A DNA stretch of 64,000 nt, from the NCBI GenBank assembly GCA_963665525.1, contig OY762280.1:3664034-3728033 (forward strand), read 5' to 3'. The translations under genes and the position numbers were made by a program. The first letter of the stretch is position 1. Every line of letters begins with the position of its first letter. The notes under the pieces are model-generated. The model was not told the origin of the DNA, did not search any database, and saw only the letters and a list, made by a program, of their open reading frames with translations. Positions 50,043 through 61,600 of the stretch are shown one piece after another. This stretch comes from Bacteroidales bacterium. Its GTDB lineage: Bacteria > Bacteroidota > Bacteroidia > Bacteroidales > UBA12077.

Positions 50043-51335
50043 CTAGACTGTTCTGATAAGGAAATAGTTCTTTTTCCCCTTTTGAACTAAAATGTATTTA
50101 TCATTCAATAAACGATCAGAAGCAATAGTTATTTCATCAGACAATACTTTTTCCTTATTAATGCTTACTCCACCACCTTTAATCGTTCTTCTTAACTCAC
50201 CTTTCGATGGAAAAACCTGTGTTTCTTCTGCTAATAAGTTTAAAACATTTTGTCCGGATTCAATCTTCGATTTTTTAATATCAAACATAGGAACACCTTC
50301 GAAAACAGACAAAAATGTTTTTTCATCCAGATTTTTTAACTCCTCTGTAGTTGCTTTACCAAATAATATTTTTGATGCCGCTACTGCTGTTTCATAATCT
50401 TTCTCGGAATGAACCATTGTTGTTAACTCTTTGGCCAAACGTTGTTGTAAAGATCGCATATGTGGTTCTTCGCGATGTTTCTCAATGATAAACTCAATTT
50501 CATCTTTTGGTAACATCGTAAAAATTTTGATATACTTTTCAGCATCTTCGTCAGAAACATTTAACCAAAACTGGTAAAACTTATATGGTGATGTTAATTC
50601 AGGATCTAACCAAACATTTCCTTCTTCGGTTTTGCCAAATTTGTTTCCATCTGCCTTTGTTATTAAAGGACAGGTTAATGCAAAAGCCTCACCCCCTTCT
50701 TTACGACGAATTAATTCAGTACCGGTAGTAATATTTCCCCACTGATCGGAACCACCCATCTGCAATTTACAGTTCTTTTCTTTATATAAATGATAAAAAT
50801 CTGTTCCTTGAACTAACTGGTATGAGAATTCTGTAAACGACATTCCCATTTTTGATTCTTCACCAATACGTTTTTTTACAGAATCTTTGGCCATCATATA
50901 GTTAACAGTAATATGCTTACCAATATCACGAATAAATTCAAGAAAAGAAAATTCTTTCATCCAATCGTAATTGTTAACCATTTCTGCACCATTCTCAACA
51001 CTCGAATCGAAAACAAGTAATTTTTCTAGTTGTTTTTTTAAACAATCCTGATTGTAACGCAATGTTTTTTCATCTAATAAATTTCTCTCTTGCGATTTTC
51101 CTGATGGATCGCCAATCATACCTGTTGCTCCACCTACCAAAACAATTGGTTTATGACCTGCTGCCTGAAAATGTTTTAACATCATTACACTAACCAAATG
51201 TCCAATATGTAATGAATTTGCCGTTGGATCAATTCCAACATATGCAGCTGTCATTTCCTTTTGCAATTGCTCTTCTGTTCCGGGCATGATATCATGTAAC
51301 ATGCCTCTCCATTTTAGTTCCTCAACGAAATTCAT
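50043..51335 (-). CDS. tyrS: Tyrosine--tRNA ligase
   Basis: [31 protein letters not shown]-terminal S4-like domain. Confidence 0.98.
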   Translation of the reverse strand: MNFVEELKWRGMLHDIMPGTEEQLQKEMTAAYVGIDPTANSLHIGHLVSVMMLKHFQAAGHKPIVLVGGATGMIGDPSGKSQERNLLDEKTLRYNQDCLKKQLEKLLVFDSSVENGAEMVNNYDWMKEFSFLEFIRDIGKHITVNYMMAKDSVKKRIGEESKMGMSFTEFSYQLVQGTDFYHLYKEKNCKLQMGGSDQWGNITTGTELIRRKEGGEAFALTCPLITKADGNKFGKTEEGNVWLDPELTSPYKFYQFWLNVSDEDAEKYIKIFTMLPKDEIEFIIEKHREEPHMRSLQQRLAKELTTMVHSEKDYETAVAASKILFGKATTEELKNLDEKTFLSVFEGVPMFDIKKSKIESGQNVLNLLAEETQVFPSKGELRRTIKGGGVSINKEKVLSDEITIASDRLLNDKYILVQKGKKNYFLIRTV

Positions 51336-51352
51336 TTATTTAATAATATTTA

Positions 51353-51385
51353 AACTTTGCTAAAGTTTAAAACTTTAGCAAAGTT
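51353..51385. repeat. 33-bp nested palindrome (REP-like doublet)
   Basis: AACTTTGCTAAAGTTT-A-AAACTTTAGCAAAGTT; 16-bp perfect arms. Confidence 0.8.
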
Positions 51386-51400
51386 GATGTTTATTTTTAA

Positions 51401-52582
51401 TTATATTTTTTCTAAAGCATGATCTAAATCTGCAATAATATCATCTACATTTTCGATACCTACCGCATAACGAACCAAGCCTTCTGTGATATGAGCTTCT
51501 TCTCTTGCTTCTTTAGGTACACCAGCATGTGTCATGGATGCAGGGTGTTGAATTAAGGATTCAACTCCTCCTAAAGAAACAGCTAATAATGCTAAATGAA
51601 CATTGTTCATTAATGTAACACCAGCATCGTATCCCCCTTTTAATTCAAAGCTAATCATCGCACCGGGACCTGCCATTTGTTCTTTCGCTAAATCATATTG
51701 TGGAAATGATTTTAATCCTGGATATTTAACCCAAGCTACTTTTGGATGATTTTCTAGAAATTCAGCAACTTTCATGGCATTTTCCTGAGCTCTTTCAACA
51801 CGCAAACTTAATGTCTTTACACCACGAATTACCATATAAGCCTGATGTGGATCCATATTTCCACCCATGTAAACCATGGTTTTACGCATTTTTTGATATA
51901 CTTCAGGATCTTTTGCAATTAATGCTCCACCAACAATATCAGCATGACCATTAATAAACTTGGTTAATGAATGTAAAGCAACATCAGCACCTAAGTTTAA
52001 TGGTTTTTGTAAGTATGGACTACCAAATGTATTATCAACCACAACAATAATATCATGTTTATGAGCTATCTCAGAAGCTTTCTTAATATCAGTTAAAACT
52101 ATTGTTGGATTTGCAGGAGTTTCCAGGTATAAAACCTTCGTGTTTGGTTTTATTGCTTTTTCAATCTCATCTAAATTTGATGTGTCGATAAAACTTGCTT
52201 CAACTCCAAATTTTGCAAAATGACTATCTAAAACTGCTCGGCTGGGGCCATAAACTGCACTCGTACATACAATATGATCTCCTTGTGCTAAAAACGCCAT
52301 GTAAGCAGTTGTAACAGCTGCCATACCAGAAGCTAAAGCAATTCCACCACAACCATTTTCTAATTCAGCCAATTTGTTTTCTAAAGCTTCAATGGTTGGA
52401 TTTCCAATTCGAGTATAAATAAATCCTTTTTCGCGACCAGCAAATAAATCTGCACCATGTTTTGCATTACGAAAAGCAAAAGTTGATGTTTGATATATCG
52501 GTGTTACTGCACTACCATTAGCATCTTCAAAATCTCCGGCATGTATCAGTTTCGTATTGAAACCTAAATTTTTTGTATCCAT
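51401..52582 (-). CDS. megL: Methionine gamma-lyase-like trans-sulfuration PLP enzyme
   Basis: PIYQTSTF, YTRIGNPT, ASGMAA, ETPANP, DNTF, HSLTKFINGHAD, AVSLGGVESLIQHPASMTH. The family is certain; substrate specificity is inferred. Confidence 0.8.
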   Translation of the reverse strand: MDTKNLGFNTKLIHAGDFEDANGSAVTPIYQTSTFAFRNAKHGADLFAGREKGFIYTRIGNPTIEALENKLAELENGCGGIALASGMAAVTTAYMAFLAQGDHIVCTSAVYGPSRAVLDSHFAKFGVEASFIDTSNLDEIEKAIKPNTKVLYLETPANPTIVLTDIKKASEIAHKHDIIVVVDNTFGSPYLQKPLNLGADVALHSLTKFINGHADIVGGALIAKDPEVYQKMRKTMVYMGGNMDPHQAYMVIRGVKTLSLRVERAQENAMKVAEFLENHPKVAWVKYPGLKSFPQYDLAKEQMAGPGAMISFELKGGYDAGVTLMNNVHLALLAVSLGGVESLIQHPASMTHAGVPKEAREEAHITEGLVRYAVGIENVDDIIADLDHALEKI

Positions 52583-52610
52583 TTTATATTTATTTTATGA
52601 TTAATTTTTG

Positions 52611-53144
52611 CTAGATTCTAATTCCCTCCTTTATTTGCTCGGCATCTATTTTTTCCTTCATTTTATCAAAATTTAAATAAGGAAAAATCATTGGAGCAAA
52701 ATTTGATAAAGGTTTATATAGTAAAGATTTTTCTTTCGTATCATCAGGAATAAAATTGTATTTATTATCCACCTTATTGATTAAAACCAAGATAATACTA
52801 ACAATAAACGCTATTTTTAATACCGAAAATAAAACTCCAAGTAAACGGTTTATAATTCCTAAAGCGATCGCATCAATTAATTTATTTAATCCTTTTGCTA
52901 ACATGTGTACTGCAATCACAATGACAATAAATGTTACGGCAAATGATAAAACTGGTAAGTACTGACCAGATACTTCAAACTTTTTAATAATAAGACTTGA
53001 AGTAAAATCGGAGAACATCACTGCTCCTAAAATCCCTAACAACAATGCTGCTAAAGTTGCTAATTGTACAATAAATCCTTTCGTATATCCGCGATAAGCA
53101 GCCCAAAGTAATAAGATAGTAAAAACAAGATCAACTGTATTCAT
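52611..53144 (-). CDS. cvpA: CvpA family membrane protein
   Basis: MNTVDL..RGYTKGF, INRLLGVLFSVLK, KSLLY. Confidence 0.88.
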   Translation of the reverse strand: MNTVDLVFTILLLWAAYRGYTKGFIVQLATLAALLLGILGAVMFSDFTSSLIIKKFEVSGQYLPVLSFAVTFIVIVIAVHMLAKGLNKLIDAIALGIINRLLGVLFSVLKIAFIVSIILVLINKVDNKYNFIPDDTKEKSLLYKPLSNFAPMIFPYLNFDKMKEKIDAEQIKEGIRI

Positions 53145-53296
53145 AATAAAGTCGTTCGGTAAAAGAATTTGTAAAAATAATAAAAAGATTCGGCTTCAAT
53201 GTAAATTGATTAGCTGCTTTATTGGTAAAATAGAAAAAAGTATCTATAAAATCTTACAGATGCTTTTTATTAATATTTTATTTATTGATTTCAAAT

Positions 53297-53324
53297 CCCC
53301 CTAGCCCCCTTTAAAAAGGGGGAA
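53297..53324. repeat. C5-TAG-C5-T3..A3-G5 palindromic element (REP-like / possible terminator)
   Basis: CCCCCTAGCCCCCTTTAAAAAGGGGGAA, GC-rich in an AT-rich spacer. Confidence 0.6.
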
Positions 53325-53342
53325 TTATTGTAAGAATTTCTT

Positions 53343-55976
53343 TTATCCGCCTATTGTGATGGAATCGCCATTACGCCCAACGAATGGAATTCCAATTTTG
53401 ATTCCGGTATACTCATGTGTTAATCCTCTAAACCCAGTAAAAACCTCCACATTAAACATCAGGAAGATTTGATTTAAACCGTACCCAAATTCATAATATG
53501 GTTTGTTTCCTGTAGTAGATAAATAATTGAAATAAATGGTTTCATTCATTAATGTTTTATTTAATACTGGCAATCGCTTTAAAATAATACGGTCGTTTGT
53601 AAGGCGAGCATGCCCTTCGAAATAACTTTGACTAGTACTATAATCATAATAATCGAGTAATCTGAAGATACTTCCTTCATCGGTTCCGATTAAAAATGGC
53701 GTGTTCGTTCCAAAATGTTTATAATCTGCAAAATAAACTTTGTTATCATTCAAAAATGATCCTGCTTTTAGATTATACACAAAACGACCTAATCTTCGAA
53801 TTGATCTGGCTTGACTTATGCCAAATTCAACTTTATCAAAATCAACATCACTTCCAAACATATTATGAATTCCTTTGATGTAAGTTAAAGAAAACGTTGG
53901 AAATCTAGAATGATAATACCATTTTACTTTATCATTAATTCGGTAATAATATTCGGGAGTATAGCGTACTCTTAAACGAAGGGTTGATGCTGTATGATCA
54001 TTAACCAAGTTAGTATTTGAATTATCTCCCCAAGGAATATTCGAGGTAAACTCATTATCGAAAGGATCAGACACATAAAAATCGCAATGATTATCGAGCT
54101 TTTTTCTTTCTGCATATTCGAAATCAACTAAAAAATCTAATCCATTGGTAACATCAATTCTATGTGCGATACTAAAATAATCTTTCTGATAAAGTTTTAA
54201 ATAGTTTTCTTTTAAAAACAAAGTGGTAATCAGGTTCAGGTTTTCAGTAATACCTGTGCTTGCATCGAAATCAGAGGTTTTACGGCCTCCATTTAAATAA
54301 ATATATCCTCTTTTTATCCCGTTGTATCGATACATTAAACTAAAATCATTAGTCATTCGCTCTCGACCAAAAGCATAATCAATATCATGGCTTAATCTAA
54401 AATACTTTCCAGTACTATCATTGCGATAGATATATGAAAAATCCATTCCATATTTTAAACCATCAACCGTGTTATAATTGATATGACCCATATCAATAAG
54501 ACCACCATAATAAAATCGATGTTTTCCTTCGGCAAAACGATGACCTCCTCCTGTAAAAATATTTCCCCAATGAAATTTCTTTTCTTCATGCTTAACCGAA
54601 TCACGATAAGTCGTATCTGTTTCCATTCTTAACTGAATGGAATCCTTGATTTTATAGCTGTCTAATTCGTCTACTGTCAATGGGATTGGCCTTATAGAAT
54701 CCCAGTATTGAACAGATCTTAACAGCGCACTATCTTCAATATTATTAATGCTATTGTCTTTTATTTCGAGATCTTTTTTCTTGGATTCTGTTTTATCAAT
54801 ATCATCTCTAATCAACTTCTTTAGTTTTTTAGATTCTTTTTTTGTTAAATCATCTTTTTGAACCAATTCTTTAATCTCTTTTTGTTCTGCACCAGAAAGT
54901 CTGTTAATTTCATCCATGTTTTCTTTGGTTTCAACAAGCATATTTTGATATAAAGAATGATCCAATTTTGAGTTCAATTTTACTTTATAGTTTGAAACGG
55001 AAGCAACATATTTAAACTTTACATCAAATCCCATGGCTCCAGCTTCAATATCAAAATTGTGACTAATTGGCATCCAAACTTCATTATTTACAGGACTATA
55101 AACCTGATTTATTTTGATTTTAAACATTTTTTGTTCTACCAAAAGTTCTGCACTATGCAAATGCCAAAATCCTTCAACAATATAGATGTGGCCCGAATAA
55201 AGATCAAAACCTTCTCTTCGCGGAATCACCTTAATTTTGTGAACCAAATAATCCTGATCATAGAAAGAAGCTACTAGTTGGAATTTATAATAAGAAAAGG
55301 CATCACGACTTAATGGGGAAATGATCCCATCAATGTCGTTATACAACGAAATAGTAATATAATCCATAGGAGACTCATCATTACCTTCTATGGTACTTCG
55401 CATCGACAATACATTTTGTTCTACAATATCCGGAAGCTTAAAATTTAAATCGGTAATACTTTCCATGATCATTACTTTACCTTCCTCAAGACCTTCTTTC
55501 TTTAATGTTTTTTTCATTAAACGGGGAATGTTTTCAAATTTTCCAGATCCTTTAATATAAACTCTGCAGTCGTACTCTTCTACCTGGTTTAAGTAATAAT
55601 AACTCATGGCTACGGCCTTTCTCATGATGGAATAAGCTGGATCTTCACCACTTGCTAAAATTCTAACCTCAGGAATTTTATATAGCTGTTCTTCAAGTGT
55701 GATATCTAAAGTTTGTTTTGTTCCTAAACAATTAACTTCTAATTCTCTGGTTTTATACCCTAAATAACGAATGGTTAATTTGTGCTTCCCTTCTGGTAAA
55801 TCTAATGTGTAATTTCCTTCTAAATTTGATGTTGTCCCCAATGAAACATCCGAAGCATATACTGTTGCATAAGGAATTGGATTTCCCGACGAATCACTAA
55901 TTTTACCTTCGATACATTGTGAATAACTAAAATAACCTAAGGTAATAATTAGAAGTGTTAGAGTTACTCTTTTCAT
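53343..55976 (-). CDS. Carboxypeptidase-regulatory-like + DUF5686-type outer-membrane protein
   Basis: GKISDSSGNPIPYATV..GTTSNLEGNY..YLGYK; EDPAYSIMRKA; YWDSIRPIPLT; YNTVDG. Confidence 0.85.
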   Translation of the reverse strand: MKRVTLTLLIITLGYFSYSQCIEGKISDSSGNPIPYATVYASDVSLGTTSNLEGNYTLDLPEGKHKLTIRYLGYKTRELEVNCLGTKQTLDITLEEQLYKIPEVRILASGEDPAYSIMRKAVAMSYYYLNQVEEYDCRVYIKGSGKFENIPRLMKKTLKKEGLEEGKVMIMESITDLNFKLPDIVEQNVLSMRSTIEGNDESPMDYITISLYNDIDGIISPLSRDAFSYYKFQLVASFYDQDYLVHKIKVIPRREGFDLYSGHIYIVEGFWHLHSAELLVEQKMFKIKINQVYSPVNNEVWMPISHNFDIEAGAMGFDVKFKYVASVSNYKVKLNSKLDHSLYQNMLVETKENMDEINRLSGAEQKEIKELVQKDDLTKKESKKLKKLIRDDIDKTESKKKDLEIKDNSINNIEDSALLRSVQYWDSIRPIPLTVDELDSYKIKDSIQLRMETDTTYRDSVKHEEKKFHWGNIFTGGGHRFAEGKHRFYYGGLIDMGHINYNTVDGLKYGMDFSYIYRNDSTGKYFRLSHDIDYAFGRERMTNDFSLMYRYNGIKRGYIYLNGGRKTSDFDASTGITENLNLITTLFLKENYLKLYQKDYFSIAHRIDVTNGLDFLVDFEYAERKKLDNHCDFYVSDPFDNEFTSNIPWGDNSNTNLVNDHTASTLRLRVRYTPEYYYRINDKVKWYYHSRFPTFSLTYIKGIHNMFGSDVDFDKVEFGISQARSIRRLGRFVYNLKAGSFLNDNKVYFADYKHFGTNTPFLIGTDEGSIFRLLDYYDYSTSQSYFEGHARLTNDRIILKRLPVLNKTLMNETIYFNYLSTTGNKPYYEFGYGLNQIFLMFNVEVFTGFRGLTHEYTGIKIGIPFVGRNGDSITIGG

Positions 55977-56219
55977 TTGTTTATATTTTTCTTAATTGTT
56001 AATTTATTGCTATTCATATCACTTTCCTAAAAGGTTTTTTTTGTTACTCACTCCCGCAAATCCCGAGCACATACCGCTCGTGAACCTTCATGGTTTTAAT
56101 CTTGATACTATCAATCTATAATCATACAAATTTGCCTGTCTGTCGTCAAACAGGTGTTAAAATTAATTATCATGAAGGTTTCATAATTAGGTTCAGTAAA
56201 TAATTTAAATTTCTTTTCA

Positions 56220-56245
56220 GACGATTAAAGAAAGATAAAGTTACA
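56220..56245 (-). promoter_or_regulatory. ECF-type promoter TGTAAC-N16-CGTC upstream of the DUF5686-type gene
   Basis: Minus strand TGTAAC tttatctttctttaat CGTC, about 240 bp upstream of the ATG. Confidence 0.62.
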
Positions 56246-56321
56246 ATAGATCATTTTACAACAAAATTACTTTTTGTTAAAAAGGCTTAAATTATGTTTT
56301 TGTATATGAAATTAATTTCTC

Positions 56322-56329
56322 TAATTTTG
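56322..56329 (+). promoter_or_regulatory. -7 element of the tRNA promoter
   Basis: TAATTTTG 12 bp before the tRNA, with TTTG about 20 bp further upstream. Confidence 0.65.
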
Positions 56330-56341
56330 TGCACGATTAAT

Positions 56342-56413
56342 GGCCCCATAGTTCAAGGGATAGAATAGCAGTTTCCTAAACTGTAGATACAAGTTCGAGT
56401 CTTGTTGGGGCTA
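56342..56413 (+). tRNA. tRNA-Arg(CCT)
   Basis: Acceptor GGCCCCA/TGGGGCT+A, D-arm GTTC..GAAT, anticodon arm GCAGT-TTCCTAA-ACTGT, T-arm ACAAG-TTCGAGT-CTTGT; CCA not encoded. Confidence 0.96.
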
Positions 56414-56425
56414 CAATGCAAGACT

Positions 56426-56449
56426 AGCTGTCGGAAATGACAGCTTTTT
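56426..56449 (+). terminator. tRNA terminator
   Basis: AGCTGTC-GGAAAT-GACAGCT followed by TTTT. Confidence 0.8.
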
Positions 56450-56696
56450 CTTTTTGTAAATTTTTCTGACAAAACTCAGAAAAAAACCTTTTGATAGAAA
56501 ATTTTATTATTTAGAAATACCTACGTTTAATTGAAAATAAAAACACCTGCTCGTTTGGTTAATATTTCGTTTATTTTAACGTATGTTAGTATATATTTCT
56601 AATATTTTCGAAATATTTCATCATTTTTCCCAATTTTATCATTTTAATTCCAAGCTATAGCTATTTACGTTAATTTTAGCACCAAACCATCTTATC

Positions 56697-58634
56697 ATGA
56701 AACGTACTTTTACTATTGTTCTAGCATTCATTGCTATTCATTGCTATTCGCAAATTCCAGAAGGATATTATAATTCGGCCGAAGGATTAAGTGGTGAAGA
56801 TTTAAAAGCTGCCTTACATAATATCATTGATGATCATACAACATATTCATATACATCGAGTAGTACAGATGTTTGGGATATTTTAAAAGAATCGGATCGA
56901 GACCCAAATAACTCAACCAATGTGATTTTATTCTATACAGGCTGGTCTGTTAATGCTGCACAAGAATATAACAATGGTTCAGGATGGAGTAGAGAACATG
57001 TATGGGCAAAGTCCAGAGGTGATTTTGGCACCGATAGAGGTGCCGGAACAGATTGTCATCATTTAAGACCTGCAGATATTTCAGTAAATAGCGCTAGAAG
57101 TAATCGATGGTTTAATTACTGTAATGAAGAATATTACGACGGAGGTATTGCCACAGGATGTTACACCAGCAGTAGCGATTGGTTCTGGCAACCAAGAGAT
57201 GAGGTGAAGGGAGATGTTGCCAGAATGATTTTTTATATGGCCACAAGATATGAAGGTGATGTTGCAGGTGAACCCGATTTAGAAGTCATAGATTCCATTC
57301 CATCCGATAACTATACCAAAGAACCTGTTCATGCTAAACTTGAAGCCCTCTTGCAATGGCATATAGATGATCCTGTTGACGATTTCGAAAGAAATAGAAA
57401 TGAGGTGGTTTATTCATACCAGGGAAATCGTAATCCTTTTATTGATCATCCCGAATATGTGAATTCAATATATGGAACAGAAGATAACCATCCTGTCATT
57501 TCAGATATTAGTTATAATCCTGAAAATCCTTTCGAAACAGAAGATGTTACAATTTCAGCAACCATAACAGATGCTGATGGAAGCATTTCGTCAGCCAAAG
57601 TAAAATGGGGAACAATTAGTGGAACTTATGGCCATGAAGTTGTTATGACAGCTGCAGACGATGTTTATTCCGGAACAATTCCTGCTCAGGCTGCAGGAAC
57701 TACCATTTATTTCGTTATTGAAGCGATAGATAATGATGAAGTAAATACTACTTCAGTTGAAAATACAGTCTCCTTTACTTCTGAAACCAATGACTTACCA
57801 CAAATTGCAAATGTGGATTATAATCCTAAAAATCCGGAAAGTACTCAAAATGTTATGGTATCTGCTACCATTACTGATAATGATGGAACCATTTCAACAG
57901 CAAGGATTAAATATGGATCTTCTTCTGGAAATTACCCGAACGAAGTTTTAATGACAGGCTCAACAGATTCATATACTGGCATCATTCAGGCACGATCGAA
58001 TGGTACAAGCATATATTTTATTGTTGAAGCCACTGATAATGAATCTGGAGTAACCGTAAGTTCAGAAAAGAATTTTATGTTTGAAGATCCTGAAAATATA
58101 GCACCAGTAGTCTTAAATGTATCTTACAGTCCTGAAAATCCAAGTTCTGAGAATGATGTCACGATATCATGCGAAGCAACAGACGCAGATGGTACCATAG
58201 CAAGTGTTCTTTTACGATGGAAAAAAGGAACAGATGGTTATACGGATGTAAATATGTCTTTAACAGAAAATAAATATTATGGACAAATACCTGCTCAAAA
58301 TGAGGGAGAAACGGTTAATTTTGTTATTGTAGCAGAAGATAACCGCGGCTTACAAACCTCTTCTAATGGTAGTTATCAGGTATCCGAATCTACTGGATTA
58401 GCTGATGTGGATAAAAATGAAATTAAAATCTACCCAAATCCTGTTTCAAATGTATTATACATTAACATACCTGTGAATTATTCTGTTGAGCTTTACTCAA
58501 TCTTAGGAGAAAAATTAATGTCTACAAAAGAATCACCCGTGAATGTAAGTCGCTTTAAATCTGGTGTTTATTTTATTCTCGTGAAAACTGATACAGGAGA
58601 CAATTTGAAAAGTATTAAGTTTCTGAAACAATGA
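56697..58634 (+). CDS. Secreted endonuclease I (Bsn/EndA-like) with three Ig-like repeats and a T9SS C-terminal domain
   Basis: REHVWAKS, TDCHHLRP..VNSARSN, KGDVAR..FYMATRY, ERNRNE..QGNRNPFIDHP; three PxIxxxxYxPxNP repeats; IYPNP..GVYF..KFLKQ. Confidence 0.92.
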   Translation: MKRTFTIVLAFIAIHCYSQIPEGYYNSAEGLSGEDLKAALHNIIDDHTTYSYTSSSTDVWDILKESDRDPNNSTNVILFYTGWSVNAAQEYNNGSGWSREHVWAKSRGDFGTDRGAGTDCHHLRPADISVNSARSNRWFNYCNEEYYDGGIATGCYTSSSDWFWQPRDEVKGDVARMIFYMATRYEGDVAGEPDLEVIDSIPSDNYTKEPVHAKLEALLQWHIDDPVDDFERNRNEVVYSYQGNRNPFIDHPEYVNSIYGTEDNHPVISDISYNPENPFETEDVTISATITDADGSISSAKVKWGTISGTYGHEVVMTAADDVYSGTIPAQAAGTTIYFVIEAIDNDEVNTTSVENTVSFTSETNDLPQIANVDYNPKNPESTQNVMVSATITDNDGTISTARIKYGSSSGNYPNEVLMTGSTDSYTGIIQARSNGTSIYFIVEATDNESGVTVSSEKNFMFEDPENIAPVVLNVSYSPENPSSENDVTISCEATDADGTIASVLLRWKKGTDGYTDVNMSLTENKYYGQIPAQNEGETVNFVIVAEDNRGLQTSSNGSYQVSESTGLADVDKNEIKIYPNPVSNVLYINIPVNYSVELYSILGEKLMSTKESPVNVSRFKSGVYFILVKTDTGDNLKSIKFLKQ

Positions 58635-58639
58635 AAAAG

Positions 58640-58666
58640 AAAAACCGGCAAACTCGCCGGTTTTTT
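58640..58666. terminator. Bidirectional terminator
   Basis: AAAAACCGGC-AAACTC-GCCGGTTTTTT between convergent genes. Confidence 0.85.
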
Positions 58667-58684
58667 ACTCTCATCATTTTCAAT

Positions 58685-61600
58685 TTATTGTTTAACTATT
58701 CTGTATGCTTTTGAATTATTTTCAGAAACTATACTTAATATATAAATAGAAGCATCCCAGGAACTACAATCAATTTCTACACGTTCTGAATTGAATTTGT
58801 AATTTGCAATTTTAGCTCCTGTAAGTGAATAAATCTCAACATAAGTATCCTTATAACTATTTTGAGGTATCTCAACCACTAATTTATCTTTAACGGGATT
58901 AGGGTAAATTCTTAAGTCAAGAAACAAGTCCAGTTTACCCGTTATAAACTCTCCTTCGAGTGTAAAACCAACTGATGCTGTGAATCCTTCAGAATCTACT
59001 CCTGTAACTATGATATCTAATTCACCCATAATTTCTTTATATGATTTATTATTAGATATGGTAATCGTAAATGTCAGCGTTTCAGGATCAAAAATAATAT
59101 ATGGTGGTAGTGGACTTCCATCTGCAAGACTTGCAGTATAAGTAACCTCATCACCTAGTCCCATTTCTGTAAATACTTCTTCAGGTACGGTAACCGTTAC
59201 TTCGCTTTCAGAACTGGTTGTATCAACAACAACTTCTTCTTCTGTAATCTCATCATATCCTTCTACAACTAATGTAAAATCATCATAAACAGAAAGTCCT
59301 TCGTCATCTTCTACATTAACTCTAATAGATTTTAAATCCATATCGGCAGGAGTTCCTGATAAATTTCCGGTACTTGTATTAATTGTCAACCAAGCAGGTA
59401 AGTCTGATCCATCGGTTAAAGTAGCCGAATAGTTTAAAACATCTCCCTGATCAGGATCAGCAATGAGTGTGTCAACAATATCAAAACTATACGGTTCATC
59501 TTCTCTTGTAATTTGATCGGGGATATTATTAATTATCTCCGGGGCCTCATTAATATTCAATATATTTAAACTAACCTCCATTGTTTTTGTTAATCCTCCC
59601 TGATCTTCTGCTTGCAATAATAAATTATATGAACTTTTTTCTTCGAAATTAAAAATAACATTTGTTTTTAAGAACTTCCCTTCGATGATAAAATCATCAT
59701 TATCATATCCTTCTCCTTCGGCAAACGATATAACATGCATATTATTACCTTCTGGATCTACGACATCAATTGTATCTACCACTATACCTGTTTCATTATT
59801 CTCTTCACATTGTCCATGACGAAGATGAACAGCAATAGGAGTATGATTTAAAGAATCGATAGAATATTGATAAACAGACGTGCCTAAAAAAGTTCGGTTA
59901 TCATGTGTTGATAATAATTCATTTGTCCCATCACCATCGAAATCCCCAAAAGCGGAATGTGCATCGCTAAAAAAATAACTATTCTTACCACCATTGTAAT
60001 TGGCTGTTGAATAAGTTTGAATATATGGTATTGAATCTTCAGTTAAATAATCCCCTCCAAACATGATAATTCCGTTTTGCATTTTTTGATATGCACTGTT
60101 ATCGGCATTGTAAACATACCATCCTCCCGACATATATAATTCATTACAATGATCATTATTCATATCGGGTATGCTGGTTAATTCGCCTGCAAAACGACTG
60201 ATATAGTTAGCTATATCAATTGCAAATGGCTCAGCCGGTATTTTTAACACCAAATCAGGGATACTATCCATATCTTCGGCTCCAAAGAAGAAATACAGTC
60301 CCTCTATTCCATCTCCAGATCCCAACGCTTCTCTGAAATCAAGAGGCATCGTTGCAATATCCATCAATCCATCCCCGTTAAAATCGCCACCAGTTAAACT
60401 CATTCCTAGATCATTGCTTGCATAACCATAGCTTTGGTCCGAAACTAAAAATAAGTCAGGTGTTGCATACGCATCTGCACTGGCAGAACTTCCTTTTCCA
60501 AAATACACATTCACACCAGCATTTTGATAACCACTAATAGCAAAGTCATCAATACCATCTCCATTCATATCACCCGGAGCAGTTGTCCTGGCTCCAAAGT
60601 GTGAGCTTTCAGTAACGGTATGATTTGGTGTTGTTGAAAGTGGACTTCCTCCATAATAAATAAATATTTTGGAATCACCATATAACATAAAATCTTCTAT
60701 GTTGTCATTATTTATGTCACCCAGATGTTTTACTCCAAAACCATCATTACCAGTTAGATTTAACGATAGATCCGTTGTGTAATTTATGGTATGATCTATA
60801 GATAAATCAAAAGATTCTCCACCATAGTAAAAATCTACTCTAATATTTGAATAAACTTCGTGATCGGTAGTTAGAACTGCTATATCCGAATGGCCGTCCC
60901 CATTAAAATCTCCTTTTTCTAAGAGCCTTAATGTTTCTGTTCCGATAGATGTTAATTGATAGTCTTCGCTTGTTAAATCACCTGTGGTATAAAATTTTAT
61001 AAACTGGCCATTAATATCAAGAAAAGCAACATCTTCAATGCCATCAGCATTGATGTCTCCTATATTTTTGGTTTGAAATAATTTCTCTTCGCTATAGACA
61101 TCCTCATCATAAAGTACGTCTGTTGATGAAAATGTTGTAGCATTTCCTAAGAAAAACCGATGTCCAAAATGAGTAGAACTATTAACAGAAAAACCAAAAT
61201 CATCAATGCCATCACCTGTAATATCATATAATACTTCCTTATTAAAATTTACTCCTTCCATATCAGAAAAATCCAAACTTACATCTTTAGTTAATCCGAC
61301 TGATAGATAATTTGTTTTTCCAAAAGCTATATGATAAGTAGAGTTTGTTTCATCATAAATATTAAAGTCTGCCAGAGCATCATCATTCACATCACCAATA
61401 TAGTTAATTTCAGTATCATACAATCTAACAGTATCTTCATATAAACTTAAAGGATACGATGCATTTTTTCCTAAAACATAGGTTTTGAAGCTGTAATTTG
61501 CAGGATCAGTATAAGGTGTTGTATAAACTATCTCCTGAAAGTTATCTCCATCAATATCGACCAGATCAATTGTACTTGGTCTGGTTGTATACTTGGTTTC

